This document shows, one piece after another, positions 23,245-34,533 of a stretch of DNA of 64,000 bases. The position numbers and the translations under genes are program-made. The notes beneath the pieces are model-generated. The model was given only the letters and a program-made list of their open reading frames with translations, was not told the origin of the DNA and made no database searches. Position 1 is the stretch's first letter. Every line of letters starts with the position of its first letter. The stretch is from Rhodosorus marinus CCMP1338. Its lineage: Eukaryota > Plantae > Rhodophyta. The stretch is taken from positions 1,674,001-1,738,000 of the forward strand of contig JAMWBK010000006.1 in assembly GCA_029953675.1 (NCBI GenBank), written 5' to 3'.

Positions 23245-23878
23245 CCCATCTCCGACCGAACAGTTATCTCTGCTTCAAATTCGCGCCCTTGGTGCACAAC
23301 TGCGAGAGAGGCCTATGCGATCACGGTCTCAGAGCTCGAAGGCCTGTCTGGAGGACTCCTTCATCGCCAGGATACCACAGAAAGCGAGGCAGCAGCTGTC
23401 GAACAGCGGATCCGCCTAACCTGCCGGTCCTATTCAAAAAACCCTCCCTCGAGGATGTCACCATCACGCCTTTGAGGTCCTGACTCAAGATGCAACGCTC
23501 GAAGATGTAGCCGCACGAGAAATTCGATCGGGACAGGAGCAGGTTGTGCCGCAGTACACTTCTCAGACGTGCAAGAACACTGGACTGTGTGATGTTGTCT
23601 CGGAGACTACTCTGCTTCCACCCTGGTGGAAGGCGACGGGTTGAATCCGTGTCCGAGTAGTAAATTTCAAAACCCCCCAAAGGCAGGTTAGGTTGATGTG
23701 CTGTTCGACAGCCATGGCCTCGCTTTCTGTTATATCCTGGTGACAAGGGAGTCCTCCACACAGGCCTTTTTTTTTCCAGCTCCGAGACCGTGATCGCATA
23801 AGCCTCTCTGGCAGTCGTGCGCCCAAGAGCACAAATTTGATACGGAAACCGAGATAATTGTTCGTGGCGGAGACGGAG
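23245..23878. repeat. Imperfect inverted repeat (arms about 23245-23425 and 23682-23878)
   Basis: The arms align on opposite strands (e.g. GAGAGGCCTATGCGATCACGGTCTC vs GAGAGGCTTATGCGATCACGGTCTC) and translate to related peptides. Confidence 0.85.
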
Positions 23879-25561
23879 ACGTGCGGGTCTTACCCGCAGC
23901 CCCTCCAGGTGAATCTACCTACTCTATCTACTCCGAGGCACTCTGAGAGCGCTACGAAACCCGCAAAAACATTTAAATTTGCTTCAACAAAGTTGCCGGC
24001 TTCAAGAAACAAAAGGAGCATTGCTCCACTGAAGCAAATCACCCACGAGGGGTATAACCCGGGATGGCTATTTTACACGCACTCTAAAACGTGACGAGCT
24101 CTGTTTGGGATGTGATCAAGGGCTAAGAGGCTGGTAGGCTTCCATTGGCTCGAGCGCGCGCACGTACCCATAGGCAAGCTCCTCTCTTACAAGGGCTGGT
24201 GTGGGATATCCATCAGCGCGTTGCTGTTGCTTCCACCAAGTTCCTTGCTCAGTCAGAAGCGGGTCGGAGCAGCAGGCGGAAGCATGGTCAACCGATCGGC
24301 AGGTCATTCAGAAACGATCTGGCATGCAAAAGAGTCAACCTGAGAAACCAGAAGGTCACGATCCTTGGGAGACTGAAATTGCGCGTCTGTGACTACCTGC
24401 TTCCATTCAACACAGCAAAAAGGATCTGTCCGCGACTCTTTTCTGAGATAACCGCTTGAGTAGTCTGGCGTGGAAAAATCTTCAAAATGGCTGTTCCGAC
24501 AATAGTAAACTGGTATGGGACCATTCAGGTATTGAGATCGGCTGTTCCCTTTGTTTAAATAGATCGAAGAACACCACACTGCTTAAGAGCAGGATTTCCG
24601 ACCGTTTAACGCGACAATTACCAAATGTATGCGAAAACTCGACAGTCACGTTAAGCTTCCTTCCAATTAAAAATCTTCAGGCTTGCTCGCGATTCCTTTG
24701 ATTGCTTAAAGGCCAGGCAACAACCAGATCAACAACCCAAAGCTAGTACAAGTTGTGAAACTCAGGTTGTGCTCTGAGAGACAATTCTCATTTGGAGATC
24801 TGTACTAAGCACCGCGTCGTTTTAGTGTATTTTTCTAAGGGGTTGTGTAAGAAGTGGACTACCGAAAAGCTGGAATTATTATCAAAATAGAATGCTTTGA
24901 CTCATCAGCGTACAAAAGGCCGCTGCCCTCAGATTGTACAATTCGTTTATTATTTAATCTGTCATAACTAAAGCTGCTTAGAAAACAAGACACTTTTCTG
25001 ACCGGAAATATTTAGAAGTCACGCGAATCTCTATCGCTCTTGCTACAATCATATTACGTAGACCACAATTCTTTTCTATTTCCACCCCCCTACAAATAAG
25101 TCTGTAAGACGAGCATTCTTCAAACAAATAAATAAAAGTCAAACCCTTTACGTACTAAACGACACTCAATGAATTCTTACCAGGTCGTGCCCTGCCCGAC
25201 GTTTTCTACCCCCAAAACTACAGGGGGGCTACAAAACAGTCAAGAGTTTTTCAAAATGACTCCATATCATTTTTGGGGCGGTTCATTTTTACACGTGCTT
25301 AAGTATTATTGGATATCCTACGGACAGCTGGAACTGATTGAAAATACGAAATTTATTCAGGTATAAATTGAAACGACACGCGTAAAGCGTTGGTGATGGA
25401 CGAGTGTCTTTTTCGACTTGTTGGGACTAGTTGAAGAAGGACAGCTAAGTACTTTTTGGTTCGGGTGGGTGTTGTGGATGGGGGTTTTAGTTCCCATTTT
25501 TGTTTGCTAGGGTTTTGTAGAGGAAGGACAGGTTGTACTGAAAGAGAGAGGTGTTCTTTTG

Positions 25562-25563
<2 letters not shown>

Positions 25564-25596
<33 letters not shown>
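25564..25596 (+). repeat. (TG)n microsatellite
   Basis: About 16 TG units upstream of the bZIP gene. Confidence 0.95.
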
Positions 25597-25598
<2 letters not shown>

Positions 25599-25975
25599 AT
25601 TTTGTGTGCCGGGGATTGGGGAGCGGGATTATTTGGTGCTTTGTTTTTTGTGGTTCCCTGGGGTTTTGGCGTTCTTGGAGGAGCCGTTGGGAAGTGTTTT
25701 GCAGAGGGAGGATACAAGGTATGAGATTGAGATTTGTTTTTGCACGCTCTTACCTTGCAGTGAGCCGAGGCTTGCAGTTGCCTGGTGTTTGTTCTCCTTC
25801 TTCTGTTTGTTTTGTTTCTGGTTTACTGACAGGCAAAATGGGATGGGGGATCTTCTTATCTGCAAAGTAGGCGCCTGTTGAGGTGTTTCGCGTTTTGGTT
25901 TGCTGGTTGTAGACTACCTGCGAATTGCAGTTCTGCAAGAAAGGTTGGTGTTTTTTTCTCGAGGGCTATTTCAAA

Positions 25976-26786
25976 ATGGAAGTAGAAGAGATGGAGAAGC
26001 CTGTGGAAGTGATTGATGTGGACACTTCAAACCCACCGGAGGATATGATGATCAAAGACAAAGACAAGGAGAAAGAGGCGAAGAAATCGGCTGGTGTGGC
26101 GTCTGAGCGGCAGCTGATGCCGAATGTTGGGACGGTGAGGTCTATTTGCTGGATCTAGATCACAACGGATTTCAGGACAAGGTTCTGAAGGTTCCGCAAA
26201 CGACGTGGACTCCTTGGCATTTGTAGGTACCGATAATGCCTGCAGGTATGGCGGATGGTACGGCTCTGCAGGAGATGCCAATGCAGAAGGGTATGGCAGA
26301 GGGACTCGCGATGCAGAAGGGAATTCCTATGGCGAACTTTGCTGGGGCTAAGATGGGCATGGAAGAGGAACCTCGTAAAGGCAAGCGAAGACGTATCTAT
26401 CAGACAGATGAAGAGAGAAGGATGGCCAGGTACGCCTCCACGATGAGTTCGGCCTGATTTACTCTAATGGCGTTAGTAGAGACACCTTTCTCAACAGCTT
26501 TGTTACCATTTTTGACGATGAGCGTAGAATTCTAAAGAATCGAAGGACTGCAGAAGAATCTAGGCAGAGGCGCCTTCACAAGATGAAAGAGCTGGAAGCT
26601 ATCAGGGATGGGGCTCAGGAAAGGGAGAACAAGCTTCGCTGGGAAATCAACGAGTTGCGCGAAGAGCTCTCGCAAAGAGTTGCTGAGATCAACAGACTCA
26701 ACGTTGAAATGGATAAAGTGCGACGAGAGAACGAGATCCTGAAACAAGGAGGAAACGGCGAGTCCGCGGCTGCCAATGGTGATTGA
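25976..26786 (+). CDS. bZIP transcription factor
   Basis: Spliced basic region EERRMAR|ILKNRRTAEESRQRR followed by a leucine zipper (LEAIRDG...LREELSQRVAEINRL); Met/Gly-rich N-terminal region. Confidence 0.85.
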
Positions 26787-27309
26787 GAAGTGTGACGTGA
26801 TTTCAACTCTGCGTTGTCTATTCCTCCGGGGAACTGCAATATTAAATGTTAAAGATTTGTTCACTCCTTCATGTCGGTGAAGGTACCCAAAGTTGCGTTG
26901 AATCCATGGAGTCAAAGAGAAGACTCTCTTTGACTCCTTCTGGAATCGCAGGTGGAGAGAAGTGCCCGAGTTCGAAAACGCGATGCGATGCAAACTCGAT
27001 CTCGCACGACAAAGACTCAAACCAGATTTCTTTGGCTCTTTTCCAGCTCATATTGGAACCTCTTCTTCCTCCACGAGTTCAGACCATCGAAGAAGATAAA
27101 GGGATCCCAGAACGAGAATCGCCTCATAGTATTTTAAGGCCCGTACGATGCCTGAGATTCCAACCTATCATTTCCTCACGACTGCAGCCAAGCGATTTCC
27201 CTTAACTACTATTTTTTTGCTCCGAGCCCTTACTCTGATAAGGAGGAATCGATCCACGTACTGGATGGATGACAGCGTTAAATCGCTATGCGAATATGGT
27301 TGGGAGTCC

Positions 27310-27662
27310 TCCATCACAGGCTGACACCTGATCTCGTTTTCCATCATAAACAGTTTACATGAAACGCCCAGAGTTGCCCTTCACAGGCAGTTGACACAAA
27401 TACGCCTAACTAAGAGTATTTGTGTCAACTGCCTGTGAGTCCATCAAGAAGAGTTGAGATAAAACGCTTAAGAATTTTTCCGTCACAACCAGTTGATGTG
27501 AAACGCTTATAGTTATCCATCAAAACAGTTGACGTGAAAACGCCTAGAGTTATCCATCACCACTGGTTGACGTGAAACGCCTAGAGTTGTCCATCAAGCA
27601 GAGTTGCACAAGCCGCCAAGAGTCATCCGTCACGAAGAGTTGAAATAAAACGCCTAGCGTTG
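27310..27662 (+). repeat. Degenerate ~37-bp tandem array (about 9 units) with an internal perfect 23-bp inverted repeat
   Basis: TCC(A/G)TCA recurs at 27310, 27340, 27440, 27479, 27516, 27553, 27590 and 27626 (variant near 27377). Consensus is approximately TCCATCAnnnnAGTTGACGTGAAACGCCTAGAGTT. Confidence 0.9.
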
Positions 27663-27809
27663 CATTTGTTTGAAAAGGTATAAGAGCGGCTTCCATGTCA
27701 GGATAGGAAGACTTTGTCGGTTGGGAGAGGAGGTGCGAGGAGCTACTACAACCCAAGGCAAAGCTTTTATATTAGATGTCAGTTAGAAAACCCACGTGTC
27801 TCGGATCTG

Positions 27810-29665
27810 ATGTTACTAGAGGAAGAAGATGAAGTAGTAGCTGAGTACGATGTTCGGTTGGTGCCCTCTGATGGTGCTGTTTACGACTTGCAGTTCCCTC
27901 TTCGACCCAGGTGAGCTGATGCGCATAGCGGGCGTTTTGTTCGAAGATTGACCTCTTGAGGAATTCCGCGTCTGACATGTTCGTGTCTGTGTTTGGCAAT
28001 TCTCGTTTTCCTTGCCTTGCTTGTGCTCGTTGGCTTAGGGGTTTGGAGTTGGGAGCGGACAGAAAGATCTTAGGTGGAAGAGTTCGTCCCAGACAGCGTA
28101 GGCTGGAATTGAATATCGAACTCGTTTCTGAAAGTGCTCAAGGCAGCTTCGATCATGAAAGACTACGGTCTTTTGGAGAATACCCTCAACAGCGGATGGT
28201 GGGGGCGGCGACAACAGCTGGCCATGTCGCGAACCATGTTGCGACCATGTTCAATGGCAGATCGCTCACCCTCGTCCCCATCGATGCCATGCTTCAGTTG
28301 AGGCCGGATTTCTCCTATGTGGAAGATTTTCAAGATTCGGAAGCAAAGAAAGGAGAGGACATGGTAATTATAGCGTTCACAGTTATGGAAGCGTTGAATT
28401 CATGTGACTAAACAGTTCGCTTGCGAGCATCTGGTCAGTCTACCCGAATGGATACTGATCCCGTTGAGCACCATGGCGAAGAATCCGGCGTAGAGGCGAT
28501 AGACGTTAAATTTAGACGCAGAGAGACGGAGAAGGCTGAGCAGAGAAGGAAAAAGAGTCATGCCTACTTGGTGAGGAAACGAGAGGAGGAAGCATGGGTT
28601 GACCTGGATGTGCTCACGATACCCCATAAGGAGTGCGAGGATGAAAGATCCAGATTGTTTGATTCCGCTAAGGTATTGCACTCACCACTCACTGCAATCA
28701 AAGGAGCATTTGATAAGTCGCAGCTTGGTTTTAACATCCTTTACCATGACTACAATTTTCAGATGGAAAACGTACGAAGCGTTCCTTGTGTTCCAAACTC
28801 TGACTACGTCCGAATGCTTAGCCCGATGAGAGGTGTTCAATCAAGAAATCAAGGTACATCTGTTATGGACAGCTTTCTGGGTCCCCTATCTCGAGCAGAG
28901 ATACAAGCACTTCCTCTGCAATCAGCTGTTGAAGAGATTATCAAGAGGGCAAGGTACGAGACCTTCGCTGGCGCGTTCGCTACGATTTTCCCTCCGTGCG
29001 CTGACTGTGTTATCCGCTTCACTGTTTTTCTTCCTAAGAATTGTCTCCCTGAGTACTGTCTTCGAGATGCTGGAGCGCAGGTATCCCGTAAACGACGTCT
29101 TTAAGTCACTTGAGGCTCATGCCTTTACAATTAGAGGGAACTGGATAGCGTCGAGTCCTTCTACAGGCGGTGAGTAGAAGGGAAAAAGGACGTTGAGATA
29201 TTTTGTATGCATCCCTTATTTTTTTCCTACCCCTTTTTCCGGTGCCGTTCTAGTTCAAAGCGAAACCGTGCGCGCCGCAAGAGATGTGATTCTGTATATG
29301 CTTCGTGAGAGCACATTTGTGACAAAGGCTCAGGCGAAGGAGAGGACTTACGACTTCCTGATGGATTCTCTGATTGAGGAAATACTTGAAGAGGTTTGTG
29401 CTGAGGTGAAAGGAACCGGATGGAAACTCCGGTTACCAGGTAAGATTGAACACAGTATCTGCCGGCGGTTTTCAGTTGTCATGCAGGACCGACTCACGAG
29501 GGCTGATCTTTGACGCTTTTGTATTTTTAAGACGACAATGAGGTCATTGAAAAATACAGTGCTGCACTGACAAAGCACAGGCACGATCACGAGGATCGAC
29601 TGCACCGTGCGGATGAGCTGCTCGTTGAAAAGTCTGGCACTGTGAAACTATCCACAGATCCTTAG
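27810..29665 (+). CDS. POLR3E: RNA polymerase III subunit RPC5 (Sin-like)
   Basis: EDEVVAEYDV...YDLQFPLRP, RVRPRQRRLEL, LTLVPIDAMLQLRPDFSY and WVDL match the Sin_N/RPC5 domain. Start approximate. Confidence 0.85.
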
Positions 29666-29860
29666 TGACGGAGCCCAACAATTTGTAAAGGAAAAAACTA
29701 AAAGCATTCACCAAAGTCCGAGTCCCAACGGACGTGAAAACTAGTACCTGTACATGTCCTTTCGAGCGGTTGCTCGTTTCGCTGCTGGCTTGGGTACGGT
29801 TGAGAGCAATAAAAGTCCACTTGGCAGTATGTACATTCAGAAAAACTTTCCCCCATTCCT

Positions 29861-32453
29861 TCAGATGTCCGTCAGCGCATTTTCCTCAGCTACCTCGGTC
29901 TCGATTTCATCACCCGATTTCTCCTCAAGAGCCTTCTGATACGGCCTGTTGTTGAAGTGAAAAGCCCTGTCCAGGCTCCCAAACCAGTCACCCGTGTGAT
30001 CGGTCTTGTTGATGGTTGGGATAGGGTACAGACTCATTTGAACTACCAGTCCGTCACCTCTCCTGGATCCATTGGAAAAAGAAAGCCAGCTCAGAACAAA
30101 TTAGAATACTGCCGTAATGGATGAACGAGTCTCTGCCATACTTTAGGAGCTGCCTAAACTTCCCATCGAAGGAAGCCCAGGCATGAGATCTAGATTCTAC
30201 GTTAACGTCGACTCGGAGGGTTGCGGCATCTGGAAAGACGATTGGCCTAAAAGACAGACTGTGCGGACAAATCTAAGAGGCGAGGAAAACAAAGTGAAGG
30301 GAATAGTCGTCAGGGTAGGACTCTCCTGCCGAAAAAGTAAGCGACAGTACTGAAACGAAGGATTTTGCTTACCGGTGTGAACAAAATTGCGGGAACAGAT
30401 GGATGTACCATCGAGCCGCCAGCGCTCATGGAGTAAGCAGTCGAACCAGTAGGTGTTGACATGATTATACCGTCTGCTTGGACGGTAGTGATGAACTTTT
30501 CATCACAGAAACAATCCAAGTTCGACAGATACGGAGACGAGCCACGGTCAATGACGACCTCATTGAGAACCTTGGGTACCGGACGTGAAAACAATGTCAG
30601 AACTCTAGCCATTTGAAAACAAGTTTGAGATTGAGTAATGAGGTCGACTGACCTGAAATTCCCTGTCCTTCATAGACTTGTTTCCTTTTCCGCGAGTGAT
30701 ACGCCCATTCAGGCGCATTCTCAAGCTCATAAGACAGCTCCCCTCCAAGACATACTGCATCTCGTCAGCAAAATTTGCAAAATCGAAAGGTGTCAAGAAC
30801 CCCAGAGAACCCAAGTTGAAGCTGATCAGCGGCGGGACCGCGGTCTTGAAGAGCGTTGACGCGTGTAGAATAAGACCGTCGCCTCCAAGACACACAACGA
30901 GGTCGATCTCTCGGTGAAGATTATCGGCATTGGAGAATGATTCCAAAAACATCCCGTTTGCCAACGCTTCATTCTGCACGAATTGCTCCACTACCACGTT
31001 GAGCTGCTCCACCTGCGTGAGATAAGTCGCAGCCTCGAGCATAGTCGACATAATTTCTCTCGACTTCTTAACAAGCAACAGAACGTTCCTAGGCCTCTCG
31101 TTCCACACAAGCATGACCTGTCCAGAACAACAATTGAAACTCAGGACATTAACACCGAACAAGAGTTAAAGAGACGGACATCCTGCTCATACCTGCTCGG
31201 TTGCAGCTCCACGGAACTTGATGTCACTGCTTTGAACGCTCTCACGTTCACACATGTAACCATCACATCGAATAAGCGTGATTGGCGCCTTTTCGGCTCC
31301 AGGAGTGATTGTTACATTCCCTCTCGCTCCGTTTTTTGTGGATGTTCCGTTCGACTCCACATCTTCAGTTGTCTTCTCTGGTGTCCCGTTTGACTCCACT
31401 CCGTCTCTGTTGATTAGCCTGCCGTCCTGAGTGAAGGACCAACGGGAAAAAGCTCATGTCAGAGAGTTTGCAAGCAAATCGACCGGGATTTCTCACATGT
31501 GGACTCAAGCATACAAAAACTCCCGTCGCCTCGATCATCAAGGACACCTCCTTCACAACATCGGCTGGGGAACGGTCAGCATTTATGGCAATACTCCTCG
31601 GACCAATGAGCTCCCACAATGCTGACACCTCCTGCCCGTAGTTGGCTAGTTGCTCCATAATTTGCTCCTCGTCGTCCTCCTCTTGCTGTTCCAGACGATC
31701 CGTCACCTCTCTGCTCATCTAAGAATTTCGTTCAGAAGCGAGAAGAAGGGTTTTGAGTGCCGAGACCCTTTGCCTAGTCTCACATCATGTCCAGAAAAAG
31801 ACAAGAGAGAGCTGCTTTCGAGACGTACTGGTGGCAGGTATAGAAGGTTGTAGATTTCACCGTCTTCTGGATCTACACGCCTATAATGAAGACGCTTCTC
31901 GAGCACGTTCCTCTTCGCGTGGAGCATGAAAATCCTAATAAAGGTTATACCCGCTTCCGAAAGAAGCTGTTCTTGAAAAACTGATGGGAATCGAAATTTC
32001 GTCGTTGAATACGGCATGGACAAAGTGTGGGCGGGGTTAACCAAAGATTAGACATGTGGACTCCGCTGAGAAAAGATCTCGGAGGAGCTACGCACTGTTC
32101 TGAGGAATCCCATCCAAAACGTAGCCCTTATCGACACAGTCCTGAAGGATGATTCGGTTCTTGACGACCTGGATCATAAGTGAATCTGGCACACGATCTC
32201 CGGCCTCCAGCGACTTCTCGGCTTGCTCCCCGATCTCTGTGTGGTACTTCAGATGCGCTCTGATGAGGTCGTCCGTAGCGACATGAACAATCCCGAACCT
32301 CTCAGCAAGCTGCTTGCATAGATGACTTTTTCCGCTCCCAGGGGGTCCCAGGACTACAAACCCGGGCCCCTGCTCTGCTCGACAGATACATGTCCTTCTC
32401 GACCTGTTTCCTAAACCAAACCTGACTCCAGGCCACAAAAAGCTGGCCATCAT
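29861..32453 (-). CDS. NADK: Plastid-targeted fusion: degenerate adenylate-kinase domain + NADK2-type NAD kinase
   Basis: Transit-peptide-like [26 protein letters not shown]; AK fold ([35 protein letters not shown]); NAD kinase motifs [39 protein letters not shown] and [10 protein letters not shown]. The junction intron 31514-31427 splices in frame. Confidence 0.88.
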
Positions 32454-32680
32454 CTTGTTTCACTCCTCAAGCTCGAAACCAAAACAAATAGAAAAATCAG
32501 AATCCTCAAAACGGTCGACTCTTCAGAAGAAACGTCCGCGTTCCATCCGATACACAACACAAATCGACGTGCTCCTCTCCGTCTTCAATCCGCAGCAGCA
32601 AGACGACGCCTGTCCCTCACGAACACGAACACACCCACAGTTCTTCAACGGATAGCAGAAATCCTAAATCATCCAGAGCG

Positions 32681-32943
32681 AAAAGCTAGTCTTCACAGTC
32701 TTCACAACAGCAAGCCTTGTCGGTCTTGTTGCCTTCTTCCCAAACTCGACCACCACCTTCTGAGCCACCCCAAACACAACGGAAAAAACCACACCCTCTC
32801 CTACTGAGGACACGAGCACAGTTCTCTCAACAGAATGAAAGAAAACAAAAAAGCTGAAATCAACTGGATCGAAAGCTAGTTTTCACAAAGCAGCCCTGGC
32901 GGTCTTCTTGCTCCCTTCCCAGACTCCAGCACCCGTCACCTTC
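32681..32943 (+). repeat. Degenerate ~70-bp direct repeat upstream of AK-NADK
   Basis: AAAGCTAGT(C/T)TTCACA...GGTCTT(G/C)TTGC...CTTCCCA...CACCTTC at 32681-32760 and 32871-32943. Confidence 0.7.
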
Positions 32944-33349
32944 ATCAAAACCTTATCCGTTTTTCAGGGGAAGAAAACGGTTTCTGAGTAGATCTACGAA
33001 GACAACAGTTACCTCTTTAGGAAAGAGACTACTCAGAAGCGGAGCAAATTCCAATTTTTTATGAATTCATTATACAAAGACGTGAACTTTTTGTTGTAAC
33101 ACTTGGAACTTCAGTTCCCGTCGTCCTCCACATCCCGAATCCGTTCTCGTGGATCAGTCGCAACGAAGCGGAGGGGGTGAAGCTCCCTGCTTGTGCTCTA
33201 CTGCGCTTTAAATTTTCTTTTCTTTTCGTGTTATAGATAGATGAATAACAAGCAGTTCACTTCCAACGTCGTTTTTTTTGTGTTGATCTGACGATCAGAA
33301 AGGGATTTGTCCTACTCCGAAAGTGAAGAACCCTACACGCCCGAAACCC

Positions 33350-34335
33350 GATGAGAATCTCGTTCCAATCTCCATTGAAGAAGAATTCACCTTTTTTCGA
33401 AAATGATCAATGTCCGAACGTGAATGGTTTTTATTTTTTGGATGGTTTTGGGCAGGACTCGTTACACGCAGGATGTAGACTTCAGTTTCTTTCTGGATGG
33501 AACGATCTGTTCGTCTGCTTTGGATAGATTGGTGTACTTTTTTTTTACGACTTTGATCAAAACCGAGTCTGGCACGCGACCTCAAGCCTCCAGAGACTTC
33601 GTGGCTACTAAACCCCGATGTCAGGTGCAGTAATACAGATTCGCTTGGATGAGGTCGCCTTCCGCATGAACCTGAGCAATCCCAAAACCAACAGATAGTT
33701 GCTTGCGAAGATGACTTTTCCCATTCCCGGGGCAGTCCACGGACTGCCAAGGAGAAAACCGCCCTTTAGATTGAGAAAAGATATCCTCGTAAAAGAGGTG
33801 CGGAGCGCTCCGTCACGAACAGGACCCCTCGTCGTACGGCCTTGTGCGAGTTCGGGGAAAACTCTGATGAAAATTTGGCTTCCTGAAAGCGTGGATTTCT
33901 ATTCCTCTGCTTTCTGGAACATAAGAAACGATTCTCTTAGACCGAGAAAGAGATCCCCATACGCAGATGCCAAGCGCCGTGTTCACAAGCAAAGACAAAG
34001 CTCAGCTGGCGTGTTTCCCACTCCCCCGTCCCCCAACTGAGCTTGCCGACCCACACCCTCTGCGGGGAGCCTGATGTAGAATCTCGCTTATTGTGCTGGT
34101 CGATGAACATCTATTCCGTTGCTGCTTGGCAAGTGAGAGACTACTCTTTAAGAGTTGGAAAGAGTCATCCGAAGAGGGTATCAACTTTCTAACATCAGCA
34201 ACGTCAGAAGCTCTGCTAGGCCCCAGTATGGATCTCTACTGCTCAGCTTATGAGCTAAGCAACAACTCTTTAGATGGGGATAGATCCATGGAAGACGTAT
34301 CAACAGCCAAAGCAAGAGGAACACAGGAGGATTAG
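33350..34335 (+). CDS. Possible hypothetical protein (unresolved exons)
   Basis: ATG near 33350 and exon-like open frames at 33699-34040 and 34093-34335; no motif recognised. Confidence 0.25.
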
Positions 34336-34533
34336 TCGCAGATGATCTGCGTGTAATCCGGGTCTACACCTCTTGGTGTGGCTTTAAGGGGATCACAGGT
34401 TTCGTCATACAATCATACGACTCCAAAATAGGTTCATTTCAAGTTTTTCAATTAATATGATACATAAAGCGGCAAGACCTGCGAATGCTGTATGTGCATG
34501 TCAGCTATGTTGAATCGCTGTGAGTAAAGTACC

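Noticed and set aside
27310-27662. CRISPR-like array
   Set aside because: Repeat length is CRISPR-like, but the variable part is only 4-6 nt (no spacers), the units are degenerate, there are no cas genes and the context is eukaryotic.
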